Positions 8,920 through 18,921 of a stretch of DNA of 64,000 nucleotides are shown here, one piece after another. The translations under genes and the position numbers were made by a program. Source of the stretch: Clostridia bacterium (GTDB taxonomy: Bacteria > Bacillota > Clostridia > Christensenellales > QALW01). Every line of letters begins with the position of its first letter. Positions within the stretch are counted from its first letter, which is position 1. The stretch lies in assembly GCA_045652205.1 (NCBI GenBank), contig JAZRTX010000030.1, forward strand, positions 38,433-102,432, in the 5' to 3' direction. The notes beneath the pieces were generated by a model. It was not told the DNA's origin and searched no databases. It saw only the letters and a list, made by a program, of their open reading frames with translations.

Positions 8920-9839
8920 AATAAATCTGCCTCCTTTAACAGTTTAAGAATGAGAGCCATACGCATATATTTTCCGTTTAACACCTGCTTAAAGTATACT
9001 GCCCTTGGGTCTTTATCAATTTGAACGCTGATTTCGTTTACCCTAGGAAGCGGGTGCATAATTGAAAGATCTTCTTTTGCATTTTTAAGCTTTTCACCTG
9101 TTAAGATATAGCTATCCTTTAAGCGAAGATAATCTTCTTCATTAAAGAAGCGTTCCTTTTGAACCCTTGTCATATAAAGAATGTCAAGTTTAGGCATAAC
9201 TGCTTCTAAATCAGTAGTCTGTTCATAAGGAATATTGTTCTTTTGTAAAACGTCTTTTTTAACGTAGCTTGGTAATTTTAATTCTTCAGGCGAAATCAGA
9301 ACAATATTGATGTTAGCATACCTTGAAAGTGCATTGATTAAAGAATGAACTGTTCTGCCAAACTTCAAATCACCGCAAAAACCAACGGTAAGATCCGTAA
9401 ATCTTCCTTTTTCGCGATAAATGGTCAAAAGGTCAGCCAAGGTTTGTGTAGGGTGATTATGACCGCCGTCACCTGCATTGATAACAGGAATGCTTGCGTT
9501 AACGCTTGCAACATAGGGCGCGCCTTCTTTGGGATGGCGCATAGCGATTATATCTGCATAACAGCTGATGGTTTTTGCAGTATCTGCAACGCTTTCACCT
9601 TTTGCAGAGGATGAGCTTGCAGCTTCGGAAAAGCCGATAACGTTTCCGCCAAGCTCATACATAGCCGCCTCAAAGGAAAGGCGTGTTCTGGTTGAGGGTT
9701 CAAAAAATAACGTTGCAAGTTTTTTACCCTTACATATTTCGCTGTATTTTTTTGGATTTTCAATTATATCAAGTGCAACTTTAATAAGCTCATCTATTTC
9801 TTCAACCGTAAGGTCAAGCACATCAATAAGACTTCTCAT
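8916..9839 (-). CDS. pyrB: aspartate carbamoyltransferase catalytic subunit
   Basis: 307 aa with [13 protein letters not shown] and HPLPR motifs. Confidence 0.95.
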   Translation of the reverse strand: MRSLIDVLDLTVEEIDELIKVALDIIENPKKYSEICKGKKLATLFFEPSTRTRLSFEAAMYELGGNVIGFSEAASSSSAKGESVADTAKTISCYADIIAMRHPKEGAPYVASVNASIPVINAGDGGHNHPTQTLADLLTIYREKGRFTDLTVGFCGDLKFGRTVHSLINALSRYANINIVLISPEELKLPSYVKKDVLQKNNIPYEQTTDLEAVMPKLDILYMTRVQKERFFNEEDYLRLKDSYILTGEKLKNAKEDLSIMHPLPRVNEISVQIDKDPRAVYFKQVLNGKYMRMALILKLLKEADLL

Positions 9840-9857
9840 TATTTTCGCCTTTCAAAA

Positions 9858-10514
9858 TTAAATTTTTGCGCCGTTTATGGCTAAATAGTTTTTAATTCTT
9901 TCAACGTTTTCCGTGTTCTTGGGATCTTCTTCAAGATACTCAATAATATCATAAACGTCAACAACTGAATAAACAGGGAAACCGAATTCTTCGCCAACTT
10001 CCTGCATTGCTGATTTTTCGGTCTGACCCTTTTCCTTGCGGTCAACCATAACGAAGGTTGCGGCAACCTTTACGCCTTTAAGGGTAGAAAGATTTGCCAT
10101 ACTTTCGCGGATTGCGGTGCCTGCGGTAATAACGTCTTCAACGATTACAACTTCTTCACCTTCCTGTGGCTTATAGCCAACGAACACACCGCCTTCGCCG
10201 TGGTCTTTTTCTTCCTTACGGTTAAAGAAGAAGGGAACGTCAAGATTTTGTTTTGAAAGCGCACAGGCAACGGAAACAGCTATGGGAATACCCTTATATG
10301 CAGGACCGTAAAGTACTGTTTTTTTGTTGCCGATTTTTTCAAAATATGCTTTTGCATAAAATTCGCCTAACTTTGAAATCTGGTCGCCTGTTTTAATATC
10401 CCCTGCGTTAATAAAGTAAGGAATTTTTCTGCCTGATTTTGCAGTGAAATCACCAAATTTAAGTACGCCTGCGCCTTCTAAAAATTGAATAAACTCTCTT
10501 TTATAACTTTCCAT
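9858..10514 (-). CDS. pyrE: orotate phosphoribosyltransferase
   Basis: 218 aa with the PRPP-binding motif VVIVEDVITAGTA. Confidence 0.93.
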   Translation of the reverse strand: MESYKREFIQFLEGAGVLKFGDFTAKSGRKIPYFINAGDIKTGDQISKLGEFYAKAYFEKIGNKKTVLYGPAYKGIPIAVSVACALSKQNLDVPFFFNRKEEKDHGEGGVFVGYKPQEGEEVVIVEDVITAGTAIRESMANLSTLKGVKVAATFVMVDRKEKGQTEKSAMQEVGEEFGFPVYSVVDVYDIIEYLEEDPKNTENVERIKNYLAINGAKI

Positions 10515-10526
10515 TTTTATTTCTCC

Positions 10527-11225
10527 TTAATCGCAAAATTCTTTTACGCATCTTTCGTAGGCTTGAACGGGATCTTCTGCCGCAGTAATGGGTCTGCCCA
10601 CAACGATATAATCTGAACCGATTTTTTTAGCCTGTTCAGGAGTCATAACGCGCTTCTGATCACCGATTTCACCATCGGCAAAGCGAACGCCTGGGGTAAC
10701 GGTAACAAAATCCTTACCGCAGGTTGAATGTACCTTTTCAGCTTCTAAGGGTGAACAAACAACACCGTCAAGCCCTGCAAGGCTTGCATTTTTTGCATAG
10801 TGCATAACAACCTTATCAATAGGTTCTTTTATAAGAAGGTCTTTTTCCATACTTTCCTGATCAGTGGATGTAAGCTGAGTAACCGCAATTAAAATGGGGC
10901 GGGTACCATCTTCCCTTGTTAAGCCTTCTAAAGCGGCTTTCATCATATTTACTGTGCCCGAAGCGTGAAGGTTAGTCATATCAACGTCTAAGCGTGAAAG
11001 CACTGCCATTGATTTTTTTACTGTGTTAGGAATATCGTGTAATTTTAAATCAAGGAAAATCTTATGACCTCTTTTTTTGATTTCCTTAACGATTTCAGGA
11101 CCTTCGGCATAAAAAAGCTCCATACCGATTTTTACAAAAGGCTTTCTGCCTTTGAATTTATCTAAAAAGTTAAATACTTGTTCTTTTGAAGCAAAATCGC
11201 AAGCAATAATAACGTCCTTTCCCAT
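10527..11225 (-). CDS. pyrF: orotidine-5'-phosphate decarboxylase
   Basis: 232 aa with [10 protein letters not shown] and VVGRPI motifs. Confidence 0.93.
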   Translation of the reverse strand: MGKDVIIACDFASKEQVFNFLDKFKGRKPFVKIGMELFYAEGPEIVKEIKKRGHKIFLDLKLHDIPNTVKKSMAVLSRLDVDMTNLHASGTVNMMKAALEGLTREDGTRPILIAVTQLTSTDQESMEKDLLIKEPIDKVVMHYAKNASLAGLDGVVCSPLEAEKVHSTCGKDFVTVTPGVRFADGEIGDQKRVMTPEQAKKIGSDYIVVGRPITAAEDPVQAYERCVKEFCD

Positions 11226-12136
11226 TATAAAACACCTCCGATAATATCACTTAATTTATCTATTTTATATTCTTCCATTTTCTTAGGAAGCTCTTCAATA
11301 ATTGTTTTGCAGATAAAGGGGTCAACTAAGTTCATAGCGCCAACTTCAACTGCAGTTGCCCCTGCAAGCATCATTTCAATAACGTCATCAGCTGAAGAAA
11401 CACCGCCCATACCAACAACGGGAATTTTAACGGCATTTGCAACCTGATAAACCATTCTTACTCCAACAGGGAAAATTGCGCTACCTGAAAAACCGGCCAT
11501 TTTATTTTTTATAACAGGCTTTCTTGTTTTAAGGTCAATGCGCATACCTAAAAGAGTATTTATAAGGCTTATTCCGTCTGCCCCTGCATCTTCACAGGCT
11601 TTTGCAATAGAAACAATATCCGTTACGTTTGGTGAAAGCTTAATAATAACAGGTTTTGTTGTTACCTTTTTAACTGCCTTTGTAACTTCCGCTGCATTTT
11701 CAGGGGAAGTACCAAAGCTCATTCCGCCGCCGTGAACGTTAGGACAGCTGATATTAACTTCTAACCAGCCAACCTGATCACAGGCATCTAACTTTTCACA
11801 GGTGTAAGCGTAATCTTCAATGGAAAATCCGCTTACGTTTGCCATAACAGGCTTATGAAAACACTGTTTTAATAAAGGCAGTTCGTGGCTGATTACCTTT
11901 TCAACACCGGGGTTTTGTAAGCCTACTGCATTTATCATACCGTTAGGACATTCGGCAATTCTTGGGGTGGGATTGCCAAAGCGTGCATCTTTTGTTGTTC
12001 CTTTAAAGGAAAAAGTACCTAAAATGTTTATATCGTAAAGTTCATTGAACTCGTAACCGTAGCCAAAGGTTCCGCTTGCGGGGATTATGGGGTTATCAAG
12101 TTCAATACCACAAAGGTTTACGCTTAATTTTCCCAT
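11225..12136 (-). CDS. pyrD: dihydroorotate dehydrogenase 1B, catalytic subunit
   Basis: 303 aa with a class-1 DHODH pattern (NISCPN, GGV) and pairing with pyrK. Confidence 0.93.
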   Translation of the reverse strand: MGKLSVNLCGIELDNPIIPASGTFGYGYEFNELYDINILGTFSFKGTTKDARFGNPTPRIAECPNGMINAVGLQNPGVEKVISHELPLLKQCFHKPVMANVSGFSIEDYAYTCEKLDACDQVGWLEVNISCPNVHGGGMSFGTSPENAAEVTKAVKKVTTKPVIIKLSPNVTDIVSIAKACEDAGADGISLINTLLGMRIDLKTRKPVIKNKMAGFSGSAIFPVGVRMVYQVANAVKIPVVGMGGVSSADDVIEMMLAGATAVEVGAMNLVDPFICKTIIEELPKKMEEYKIDKLSDIIGGVL

Positions 12137-12855
12137 AAGATTTCCTCCTTTTCTAAAACGGGACCGTCTTTACAGATACGCTTATAGCCTGTAACTGTTT
12201 TGCAGGAGCATCCCATACAAGCACCAAAGCCACAGCCCATTCTTTCTTCAAAACTGAACTGACCGCTTGTTACGCTTTTTTTGTAAATTGCTTTAAGCAT
12301 TGGTTCGGGACCGCAGGTGTAGAAATAGGAGTATTCCCTATCCATTTCATCAGTTACAAAGCCTTTTGTACCTTTTGTTCCATCAACCGTTGTAACGAAG
12401 ACTTTTGCGCCAAGATTTTTAAACTCCTGTTCATAAAAAACCTCTTCCGCGGTATTAAAGCCTAAAATTACCGTAACGTCTTTACCAAGTTCAATAAGCT
12501 TTTTGCAAAGCATAAACATTGGGGGAACGCCTACACCGCCACCGATTAAAAGCGGTTTTTCGCCTGCTTTTGATAAATCGTAGCCGTTGCCAAGGCCCGT
12601 TAAAATATCTAAACTGCCCGTTTTCATTTCTGCCATAGCTTTTGTGCCTTTACCAACCACCTTATAAATGATTGTAAGTTCATCACCAACAACGTCGCAA
12701 ACAGAAATAGGTCTTCTTAAATAAAAACCGTCAAGCTTAATATTAACAAACTGACCTGATGCAGTTATTTCACTTGTATCCCCTTTAAGCACCATTTTAT
12801 AAACGGTGCTTGTTAAAGGGGTGTTTTGTAAAATTTCAAATATGCTTTGCTTCAT
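12124..12855 (-). CDS. pyrK: dihydroorotate dehydrogenase electron-transfer subunit
   Basis: 243 aa with an FNR-like fold and the C-terminal 2Fe-2S cluster motif CGFGACMGCSC. Confidence 0.92.
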   Translation of the reverse strand: MKQSIFEILQNTPLTSTVYKMVLKGDTSEITASGQFVNIKLDGFYLRRPISVCDVVGDELTIIYKVVGKGTKAMAEMKTGSLDILTGLGNGYDLSKAGEKPLLIGGGVGVPPMFMLCKKLIELGKDVTVILGFNTAEEVFYEQEFKNLGAKVFVTTVDGTKGTKGFVTDEMDREYSYFYTCGPEPMLKAIYKKSVTSGQFSFEERMGCGFGACMGCSCKTVTGYKRICKDGPVLEKEEILWEN

Positions 12856-12865
12856 TTTTCACCTT

Positions 12866-15800
12866 TTAAGCATCAATAGTGGAAATTGTAAGTGTTACTT
12901 CTTCAATAACGTCAAGTAAAACCTTAACGGTATCAAGGGATGTAAACATTGTTACGTTGTTTTCAGTTGCGTACCTTCTGATTTCGTAACCATCGGTCAT
13001 CTGACCTGAACCGATATCGCGGGTGTTGATTACGTATGCGATATGACCCTGACGAAGTGCATCCGGAATCTCATCGGCATCTTCGTGAATCTTATGTAAT
13101 ACGTGGGTGCGGATACCGTTTTTCTTTAAGAATTCAGCAGTACCTGCTGTTGCCTGAATATTAAAGCCTAAATTATAGAAACGGCGGATTAAAGGAAGTG
13201 CTTCTTCTTTATCCTTATCTGCAATTGTAGCAAATACTGTGCCGTAATTCTGTAAGTGCATTCCTGAAGCCTGTAATGCTTTATAAAGTGCCCTTGTAAG
13301 CTTATCATCGTAGCCGATAGCTTCACCGGTGGATTTCATTTCAGGTGAAAGGTAAGCATCAAGACCGCGGATCTTATTAAATGAGAATACGGGAACTTTT
13401 ACGTACCAGCGGTTCTTTTCGGTAGGATAGATACCGAAGATACCCTGTTCTTTAAGTGTTTTACCCATAATAACTTCAGTAGCAATATCTGCTAATGAGT
13501 ATCCTGTTGCCTTTGATAAGAAAGGAACTGTTCTTGAAGAACGTGGGTTAACCTCAATAATAAACACGTTATCATTTTCATCAACGATAAACTGAATGTT
13601 ATAAAGACCTACAATGCCGATACCTAAACCGAGCTTTTTAGCATACTGTAAAATTATGCCTTTAACCTTATCGGAGATTGAGAAGGTAGGATAAACGCTG
13701 ATTGAGTCGCCTGAGTGGATACCTGTTCTTTCAACAAGCTCCATAATACCGGGAACAAAAACATCGTGTCCATCGCAGATAGCGTCAACTTCAACCTCTT
13801 TACCCTGAATGTATTTATCAACTAAAACAGGCTTGTCCTCGTCAATTTCTACCGCAGTTTTAAGGTAGTGGCGAAGCTGTTCTTCGTTAGCAACAATCTG
13901 CATAGCGCGTCCGCCTAAAACGAAGCTTGGGCGAACAAGTACGGGATAGCCGATTTCTTTTGCGGCGTTAATACCGTCTTCAATCTTGGTTACTGCCCTA
14001 CCCTGTGGCTGAGGAATGTTAAGTTCTTCTAAAACTTTTTCAAAGCTATCGCGGTTTTCAGCGCGTTCAATAGCATCGCAATCTGTACCGATGATCTTTA
14101 CGCCCCTTGCCATTAAAGGCTCTGCAAGGTTAATAGCAGTTTGTCCACCTAAGGAAGCAATTACGCCTTCGGGCTTTTCAAACTCAATGATATTCATAAC
14201 GTCTTCAGTAGTTAAGGGTTCAAAGTAAAGTTTATCAGCAGTTGTATAGTCAGTTGAAACGGTTTCAGGGTTGTTGTTGATAATGATTGCTTCATAGCCT
14301 GACTGTTTAATTGTTGTTACGGCGTGAACTGTTGAATAGTCAAACTCAACGCCCTGACCGATACGGATAGGACCTGCGCCTAAAACGATAATCTTTTTGC
14401 TATCCGTTAATTTAGAAGCATTTTCGCCCTGATATGATGAATAGAAATATGGGATATATGCGTTAGTATGGCAAGTATCAACCATCTTAAAGATTGGGAA
14501 GATATTTTCCTTTTTACGAAGATTGAAGATTTCAATTTCCTGCATTTGCCAAAGCTTTGCAATAAACTTATCAGAGAAGCCCATTTTCTTTGCTTCTTTA
14601 AGAGTGTTAATATCGTTTTTATTTGCTTTAACCGTTACTTCCATTTCAACGATGCGCTTAATTGCTTCAAGGAAATAGCGGGTAATCTTTGTAATATCGT
14701 AAAGTGTTTCAATATCAGTTCCGCGCCTTAAAAGTTCTGCAACTGCAAAGATGTTATCATCTTTAAATTCCTTGATGTAATCAAGAAGCTCATCAGTTGA
14801 CATATTATCAAACTTATTAAGGTGGAAATGGTATGCACCGATTTCAAGTGAACGAACTGATTTTAATAAGCACTCTTCCAAGGTTGAGCCAATGCCCATA
14901 ACTTCGCCTGTTGCCTTCATCTGCGTGCCAAGTGTGTTTTTGGCAGTTGCAAACTTATCAAAGGGGAATCTTGGAAGTTTTGCAATTACGTAATCTAACT
15001 GAGGCTCAAAAGAAGCGTTGGTGTTTGCGATCTTAATATCTTCTAAAGCCATACCAACTGCAATCTTTGCAGTAACGCGGGCAATCGGATAGCCTGATGC
15101 CTTTGATGCAAGTGCAGAAGAACGGGAAACGCGGGGGTTAACCTCAATTAAGTAATACTGGCTTGAATTGGGGTCAAGTGCGAACTGAACGTTACAACCG
15201 CCTTCAATTTTAAGTTCACGAATAATCTTAATTGCTGAATCGTTAAGCATTTTAAGGTCATGATCGCTTAAAGTCATAATAGGAGCAACTACCAAAGAGT
15301 CACCTGTATGAACGCCAACGGGGTCAATGTTTTCCATACCGCAGATGGTGATGGCGTGATCGTTGGAATCGCGCATAACTTCAAATTCAATTTCCTTATA
15401 ACCTTTAACGCTTTTTTCAATTAAAACCTGATGAACAGGTGAAAGCTTAAATGCGTTAATACCAACCTCAACAAGCTCTTCTTCGTTATAAGCAAAGCCA
15501 CCGCCTGTACCGCCTAAGGTAAATGCAGGGCGAAGAACTACGGGATAACCGATTTCCTTTGCTGCTTTTTTTGCTTCTTCAAGATTGTATGTAATTTCTG
15601 AAGGAATAGTAGGCTCACCGATTGACTGGCAAAGCTCTTTGAACATTTCGCGGTCTTCAGCGCGTTCAATACTTTCACTGCTTGTACCTAAAAGTTCAAC
15701 ACCGCATTCCTTTAAAACGCCTTTCTTTTCTAATTGCATCGCAAGGTTAAGACCTGTCTGTCCGCCGATACCTGGAACGATAGCGTCAGGGCGTTCATAC

Positions 15801-16036
15801 CTTAAAATCTTTGCAATATACTCTAACGTTAAAGGCTCCATATAAACCTTATCTGCTATTGTTGTATCGGTCATAATGGTTGCGGGGTTGGAGTTGCATA
15901 AAACAACTTCATAACCTTCTTCCTTTAATGCAAGACAAGCCTGTGTGCCTGCATAGTCAAACTCAGCTGCCTGACCGATTACGATGGGACCTGAGCCAAT
16001 AATAAGTATTTTCTTTAAATCTGTTCTTTTTGCCAT
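12866..16036 (-). CDS. carB: carbamoyl-phosphate synthase large subunit
   Basis: 1056 aa with duplicated ATP-grasp halves (IIGSGPIVIGQAAEFDYAGTQ and VLGAGPIRIGQGVEFDYSTVH) and a C-terminal MGS-like domain. Confidence 0.96.
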   Translation of the reverse strand: MAKRTDLKKILIIGSGPIVIGQAAEFDYAGTQACLALKEEGYEVVLCNSNPATIMTDTTIADKVYMEPLTLEYIAKILRYERPDAIVPGIGGQTGLNLAMQLEKKGVLKECGVELLGTSSESIERAEDREMFKELCQSIGEPTIPSEITYNLEEAKKAAKEIGYPVVLRPAFTLGGTGGGFAYNEEELVEVGINAFKLSPVHQVLIEKSVKGYKEIEFEVMRDSNDHAITICGMENIDPVGVHTGDSLVVAPIMTLSDHDLKMLNDSAIKIIRELKIEGGCNVQFALDPNSSQYYLIEVNPRVSRSSALASKASGYPIARVTAKIAVGMALEDIKIANTNASFEPQLDYVIAKLPRFPFDKFATAKNTLGTQMKATGEVMGIGSTLEECLLKSVRSLEIGAYHFHLNKFDNMSTDELLDYIKEFKDDNIFAVAELLRRGTDIETLYDITKITRYFLEAIKRIVEMEVTVKANKNDINTLKEAKKMGFSDKFIAKLWQMQEIEIFNLRKKENIFPIFKMVDTCHTNAYIPYFYSSYQGENASKLTDSKKIIVLGAGPIRIGQGVEFDYSTVHAVTTIKQSGYEAIIINNNPETVSTDYTTADKLYFEPLTTEDVMNIIEFEKPEGVIASLGGQTAINLAEPLMARGVKIIGTDCDAIERAENRDSFEKVLEELNIPQPQGRAVTKIEDGINAAKEIGYPVLVRPSFVLGGRAMQIVANEEQLRHYLKTAVEIDEDKPVLVDKYIQGKEVEVDAICDGHDVFVPGIMELVERTGIHSGDSISVYPTFSISDKVKGIILQYAKKLGLGIGIVGLYNIQFIVDENDNVFIIEVNPRSSRTVPFLSKATGYSLADIATEVIMGKTLKEQGIFGIYPTEKNRWYVKVPVFSFNKIRGLDAYLSPEMKSTGEAIGYDDKLTRALYKALQASGMHLQNYGTVFATIADKDKEEALPLIRRFYNLGFNIQATAGTAEFLKKNGIRTHVLHKIHEDADEIPDALRQGHIAYVINTRDIGSGQMTDGYEIRRYATENNVTMFTSLDTVKVLLDVIEEVTLTISTIDA

Positions 16037-16046
16037 AATATTCTCC

Positions 16047-17252
16047 TTAATCTATGCTGTATACAATCTTATCGTTTGAAACGGTTAAAATACACTGTGC
16101 ATTTAATTTCATATTTTCAAAGGGCGTTGCCTTGCCCATAGTTTTAAAGTTTTTAGGATCTACGATGAACTCTTTATTTAAGTCCCATACAGTAAAGCCG
16201 TTATCTTGAATACCAAACCGCTTTTTTGGATTTTCACTTAACAGTTTTATTAAGTTTTCCATCGTTATGATATTTTCTTTAACAAGCTTTGTATATAAAA
16301 CGGGGAACGCCGTTTCAAGCCCCACTATACCAAAGGCGCTTTTTTCAAGACCTTTTGATTTTTCTTCCTTAGAGTGTGGCGCGTGGTCTGTTGCTATCAT
16401 ATCAATAGTGCCGTCAATTATACCTTCAACCAACGCTTCCCTGTCTTTTTTACTACGTAAGGGCGGGTTCATTTTAAATCTGCCGTCTTCTTGTAAGAAG
16501 CTATCATCCATAACTAAGTAATGGGGTCCTGTTTCGCAGGTTATATCCACGCCGTCTTTTTTGGCTTTGCGGATTATATCAACGCTTTCCTTACAGGAAA
16601 TGTGGCAAACGTGGTATTTACAACCTGTTTTTTTTGCAAGCTCAATATCCCTTGCAATCTGCAAGTATTCACTTTCAGAGCAGATACCCTTATGGTTGTG
16701 TGCTTTTGCATATTCGCCATCGTGAATGTATCCGCCATTAAGAAGTGAATTAACTTCGCAGTGTGCAACGATTGTTTTGTTAAGCTTTTTTGCTTTTTCC
16801 ATAGCAGCAAGCATCATCTCATCGTTTTGCACGCCTCTGCCATCATCAGAAAAGGCTATTGCATAAGGTAGCATATCTTCAAAATCTGCTAATTCTTCAC
16901 CCCTTTGCCCTTTTGTAATTGAGCCGTAAGGGTAAACGTTGATGCAGGCATCTTTATCAATTATTTCTTTTTGCAGTAAGATGTTTTCTTTTGAATCAGG
17001 CACAGGGTTTAAATTGGGCATTGTAAACACCGTTGTATATCCACCTGCGGCCGCGGCAAGAGAGCCTGTAAGAATGGTTTCTTTATATGAAAAACCCGGC
17101 TGGCGAAAATGCACATGCACATCCACGAAGCCGGGAAAAATATAATATTCATTTGTTTCTTGGGGACACTTATCCAAGGAAGATAAAAATGAAGATACTT
17201 TACCTATCATCTGTTCATTAAGACAAACGGTTTTTGCTGATATCTTACCCAT
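16047..17252 (-). CDS. pyrC: dihydroorotase
   Basis: Contains DVHVHFRQPG and ATDHAPH metal-ligand motifs. Start moved from 17342 to ATG 17252 (MGKISAK), preceded by AAAGGAAGGG. The track's extension runs through a terminator hairpin. Confidence 0.92.
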   Translation of the reverse strand: MGKISAKTVCLNEQMIGKVSSFLSSLDKCPQETNEYYIFPGFVDVHVHFRQPGFSYKETILTGSLAAAAGGYTTVFTMPNLNPVPDSKENILLQKEIIDKDACINVYPYGSITKGQRGEELADFEDMLPYAIAFSDDGRGVQNDEMMLAAMEKAKKLNKTIVAHCEVNSLLNGGYIHDGEYAKAHNHKGICSESEYLQIARDIELAKKTGCKYHVCHISCKESVDIIRKAKKDGVDITCETGPHYLVMDDSFLQEDGRFKMNPPLRSKKDREALVEGIIDGTIDMIATDHAPHSKEEKSKGLEKSAFGIVGLETAFPVLYTKLVKENIITMENLIKLLSENPKKRFGIQDNGFTVWDLNKEFIVDPKNFKTMGKATPFENMKLNAQCILTVSNDKIVYSID

Positions 17253-17273
17253 AAAAAATGCCCTTCCTTTTTT

Positions 17274-17307
17274 AAAAAAAGCCTTGCCCTGAAAACAGCG
17301 GCAAGAC
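17274..17307 (-). terminator. leader (attenuator) terminator of the pyr operon
   Basis: The minus strand reads GTCTTGCC-gctgttttca-GGCAAGGC followed by TTTTTTT. It lies 20 nt upstream of the pyrC RBS and downstream of the promoter at 17407..17435. Confidence 0.7.
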
Positions 17308-17406
17308 ACACAAAAAGCGAACACAACCTGCGCTGCATTCAAGCAAATATATGTAATCTTACCGATATCACAGTATCGGCCTTTAAAGATTTATTTTACA
17401 TTAAAA

Positions 17407-17435
17407 ATTTTATCACTTTAAGCCAAAAATGTCAA
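17407..17435 (-). promoter_or_regulatory. sigma-A promoter of the pyr operon
   Basis: The minus strand reads TTGACA, a 17-nt spacer, then TAAAAT. Confidence 0.65.
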
Positions 17436-17609
17436 CCGACTTTTAGGCTTTTTTGCCTGTTTTTAACGGATATTTTTAAATATTTTTCTTATTGCTAAAT
17501 GCGTTCAAATGCGCAATCGTGCATCTGTTAAAATTGTATTAAAAACATTTGCTGTTTTGATGCGTTCCGAGTTCTTCGCATTTAACCAAACCATTATAGC
17601 TTGAACCAG

Positions 17610-17716
17610 CCTTAAACTGCTGAATTTAGGCATATTTCGGCTTGTCGTCCTTTTAAGGCGACCTGCCTTAACGCGTCCTCCGCACCTAAATCTCACCAAA
17701 ATTGAGCAGTTTAAGG
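17610..17716. ncRNA. candidate structured RNA/DNA element with three nested helices; strand and class unknown
   Basis: Three nested pairings are visible: CCTTAAACTGCT (17610-17621) with AGCAGTTTAAGG (17705-17716), 12 bp; ATTTAGG (17624-17630) with CCTAAAT (17685-17691), 7 bp; and GTCG(T)CCTT (17644-17652) with AAGGCGAC (17655-17662). It sits in a ~490-bp non-coding gap. Confidence 0.35.
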
Positions 17717-17836
17717 TCGCAGATTGAAAAATGGTAAAATTTTTGTTTTAAGAAGGAAAAGCCCGCAGACAATATAGGAAATATTATCAAGGGTTTTGAC
17801 GCAATTAAAACGTAAATTTTACATTTTACAACTGAT

Positions 17837-18853
17837 TCAAGTTACAATGGTTTGGTTACCACAGCGATAGCAGATTTCATTATTACAAACATCATTCGCG
17901 AAATAATTTGTTAAATTACTTACCGTTATTTTTGCAATATTATCTAATGCTTCTTCGGTTAAAAACGCCTGATGGCTTGTTAAGATAACGTTAGGCATTG
18001 AAATAAGCTTTAAAAGTGTATCATCGTTAAGAGCATTTTCAGAATTATCTTCAAAGAAAACGTCTGATTCTTCTTCGTAAACGTCTAAGCAGGCGCCACC
18101 TATTTTTTTAAGGCGGATACCTTCTATTAACGCTTCAGCATCAATTAAAGCGCCCCTTGAAGTATTTATTAAAATAACACCGTCTTTAAGAGTTTTAAGG
18201 GTTTCTTTATTTAGCAAGTGGTAGGTTTCATCAGTTAAGGGACAATGGAAAGAAATAATATCGCTTTCTTTAAAAATCGTATCAATATCCACGTATTTTA
18301 TATCGCTGTTTTTATCGGGGAATTTATCGTTTGCAATAACGTTCATTTTAAAGCCTTTGCAAATATCAATAAACACCTTGCCTATTTTTCCTGTTCCAAC
18401 AACGCCTACGGTTTTATTATGAAGGTCAAAGCCTGTCATTCCATTAAGACTAAAATTAAAATCGCGGGTACGGATATAGGCTTTATGGGTTTTTCTTACC
18501 TGTGTTAATAAAAGCGCCATAGCGTGTTCGGCTACTGCATAAGGAGAATATTGAGGAACGCGGACTATATGAATTTTATTAAACGCGCCTTTAACGTCAA
18601 CGTTATTATAGCCTGCGCTTCTTAATGCAAGAATTCGTATGCCCATTTTATAAAGGGTATCAATAACTTCCTTATCCACCGTATCGTTTACAAAAACGCA
18701 TACACCCTGGCAGTTTTTTGCTAGTTCTACCGTATCCTTATTTAATTTTGCTTCAAAATATCTGAATTTTAATCCTGTTTCTTTGGAATATTTTTCAAAA
18801 TACTGTCTGTCGTACGGTTTAGTATCAAAAAATGCAATATTCAAAACAATCAC
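17837..18853 (-). CDS. ldhA: D-isomer-specific 2-hydroxyacid dehydrogenase (D-lactate dehydrogenase-like)
   Basis: 338 aa with FFDTKPYD, the NAD motif GVVGTGKIGKVF, and a conserved R/E/H catalytic layout. GTG start as in the track; a TTG 9 nt downstream is also possible. Confidence 0.85.
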   Translation of the reverse strand: MIVLNIAFFDTKPYDRQYFEKYSKETGLKFRYFEAKLNKDTVELAKNCQGVCVFVNDTVDKEVIDTLYKMGIRILALRSAGYNNVDVKGAFNKIHIVRVPQYSPYAVAEHAMALLLTQVRKTHKAYIRTRDFNFSLNGMTGFDLHNKTVGVVGTGKIGKVFIDICKGFKMNVIANDKFPDKNSDIKYVDIDTIFKESDIISFHCPLTDETYHLLNKETLKTLKDGVILINTSRGALIDAEALIEGIRLKKIGGACLDVYEEESDVFFEDNSENALNDDTLLKLISMPNVILTSHQAFLTEEALDNIAKITVSNLTNYFANDVCNNEICYRCGNQTIVT

Positions 18854-18888
18854 CCGTTTTAGTATTTACATTTTTTGAAATATAATGC

Positions 18889-18918
18889 AAAAAGGCATCT
18901 CAAAAGAGATGCCTTTTA
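18889..18918 (-). terminator. intrinsic terminator after ispH-S1 (bidirectional shape)
   Basis: AAAAGGCATCTC-aaaa-GAGATGCCTTTT, a perfect 11-bp stem flanked by A and T runs. Confidence 0.8.
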
Positions 18919-18921
18919 AAA

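Noticed and set aside
17505-17699. 64-aa highly basic ORF in the ldhA-pyr intergenic gap
   Set aside because: It has no RBS, its composition looks like an artefact, and it lies exactly over the nested inverted repeats. I treat it as non-coding structure instead.
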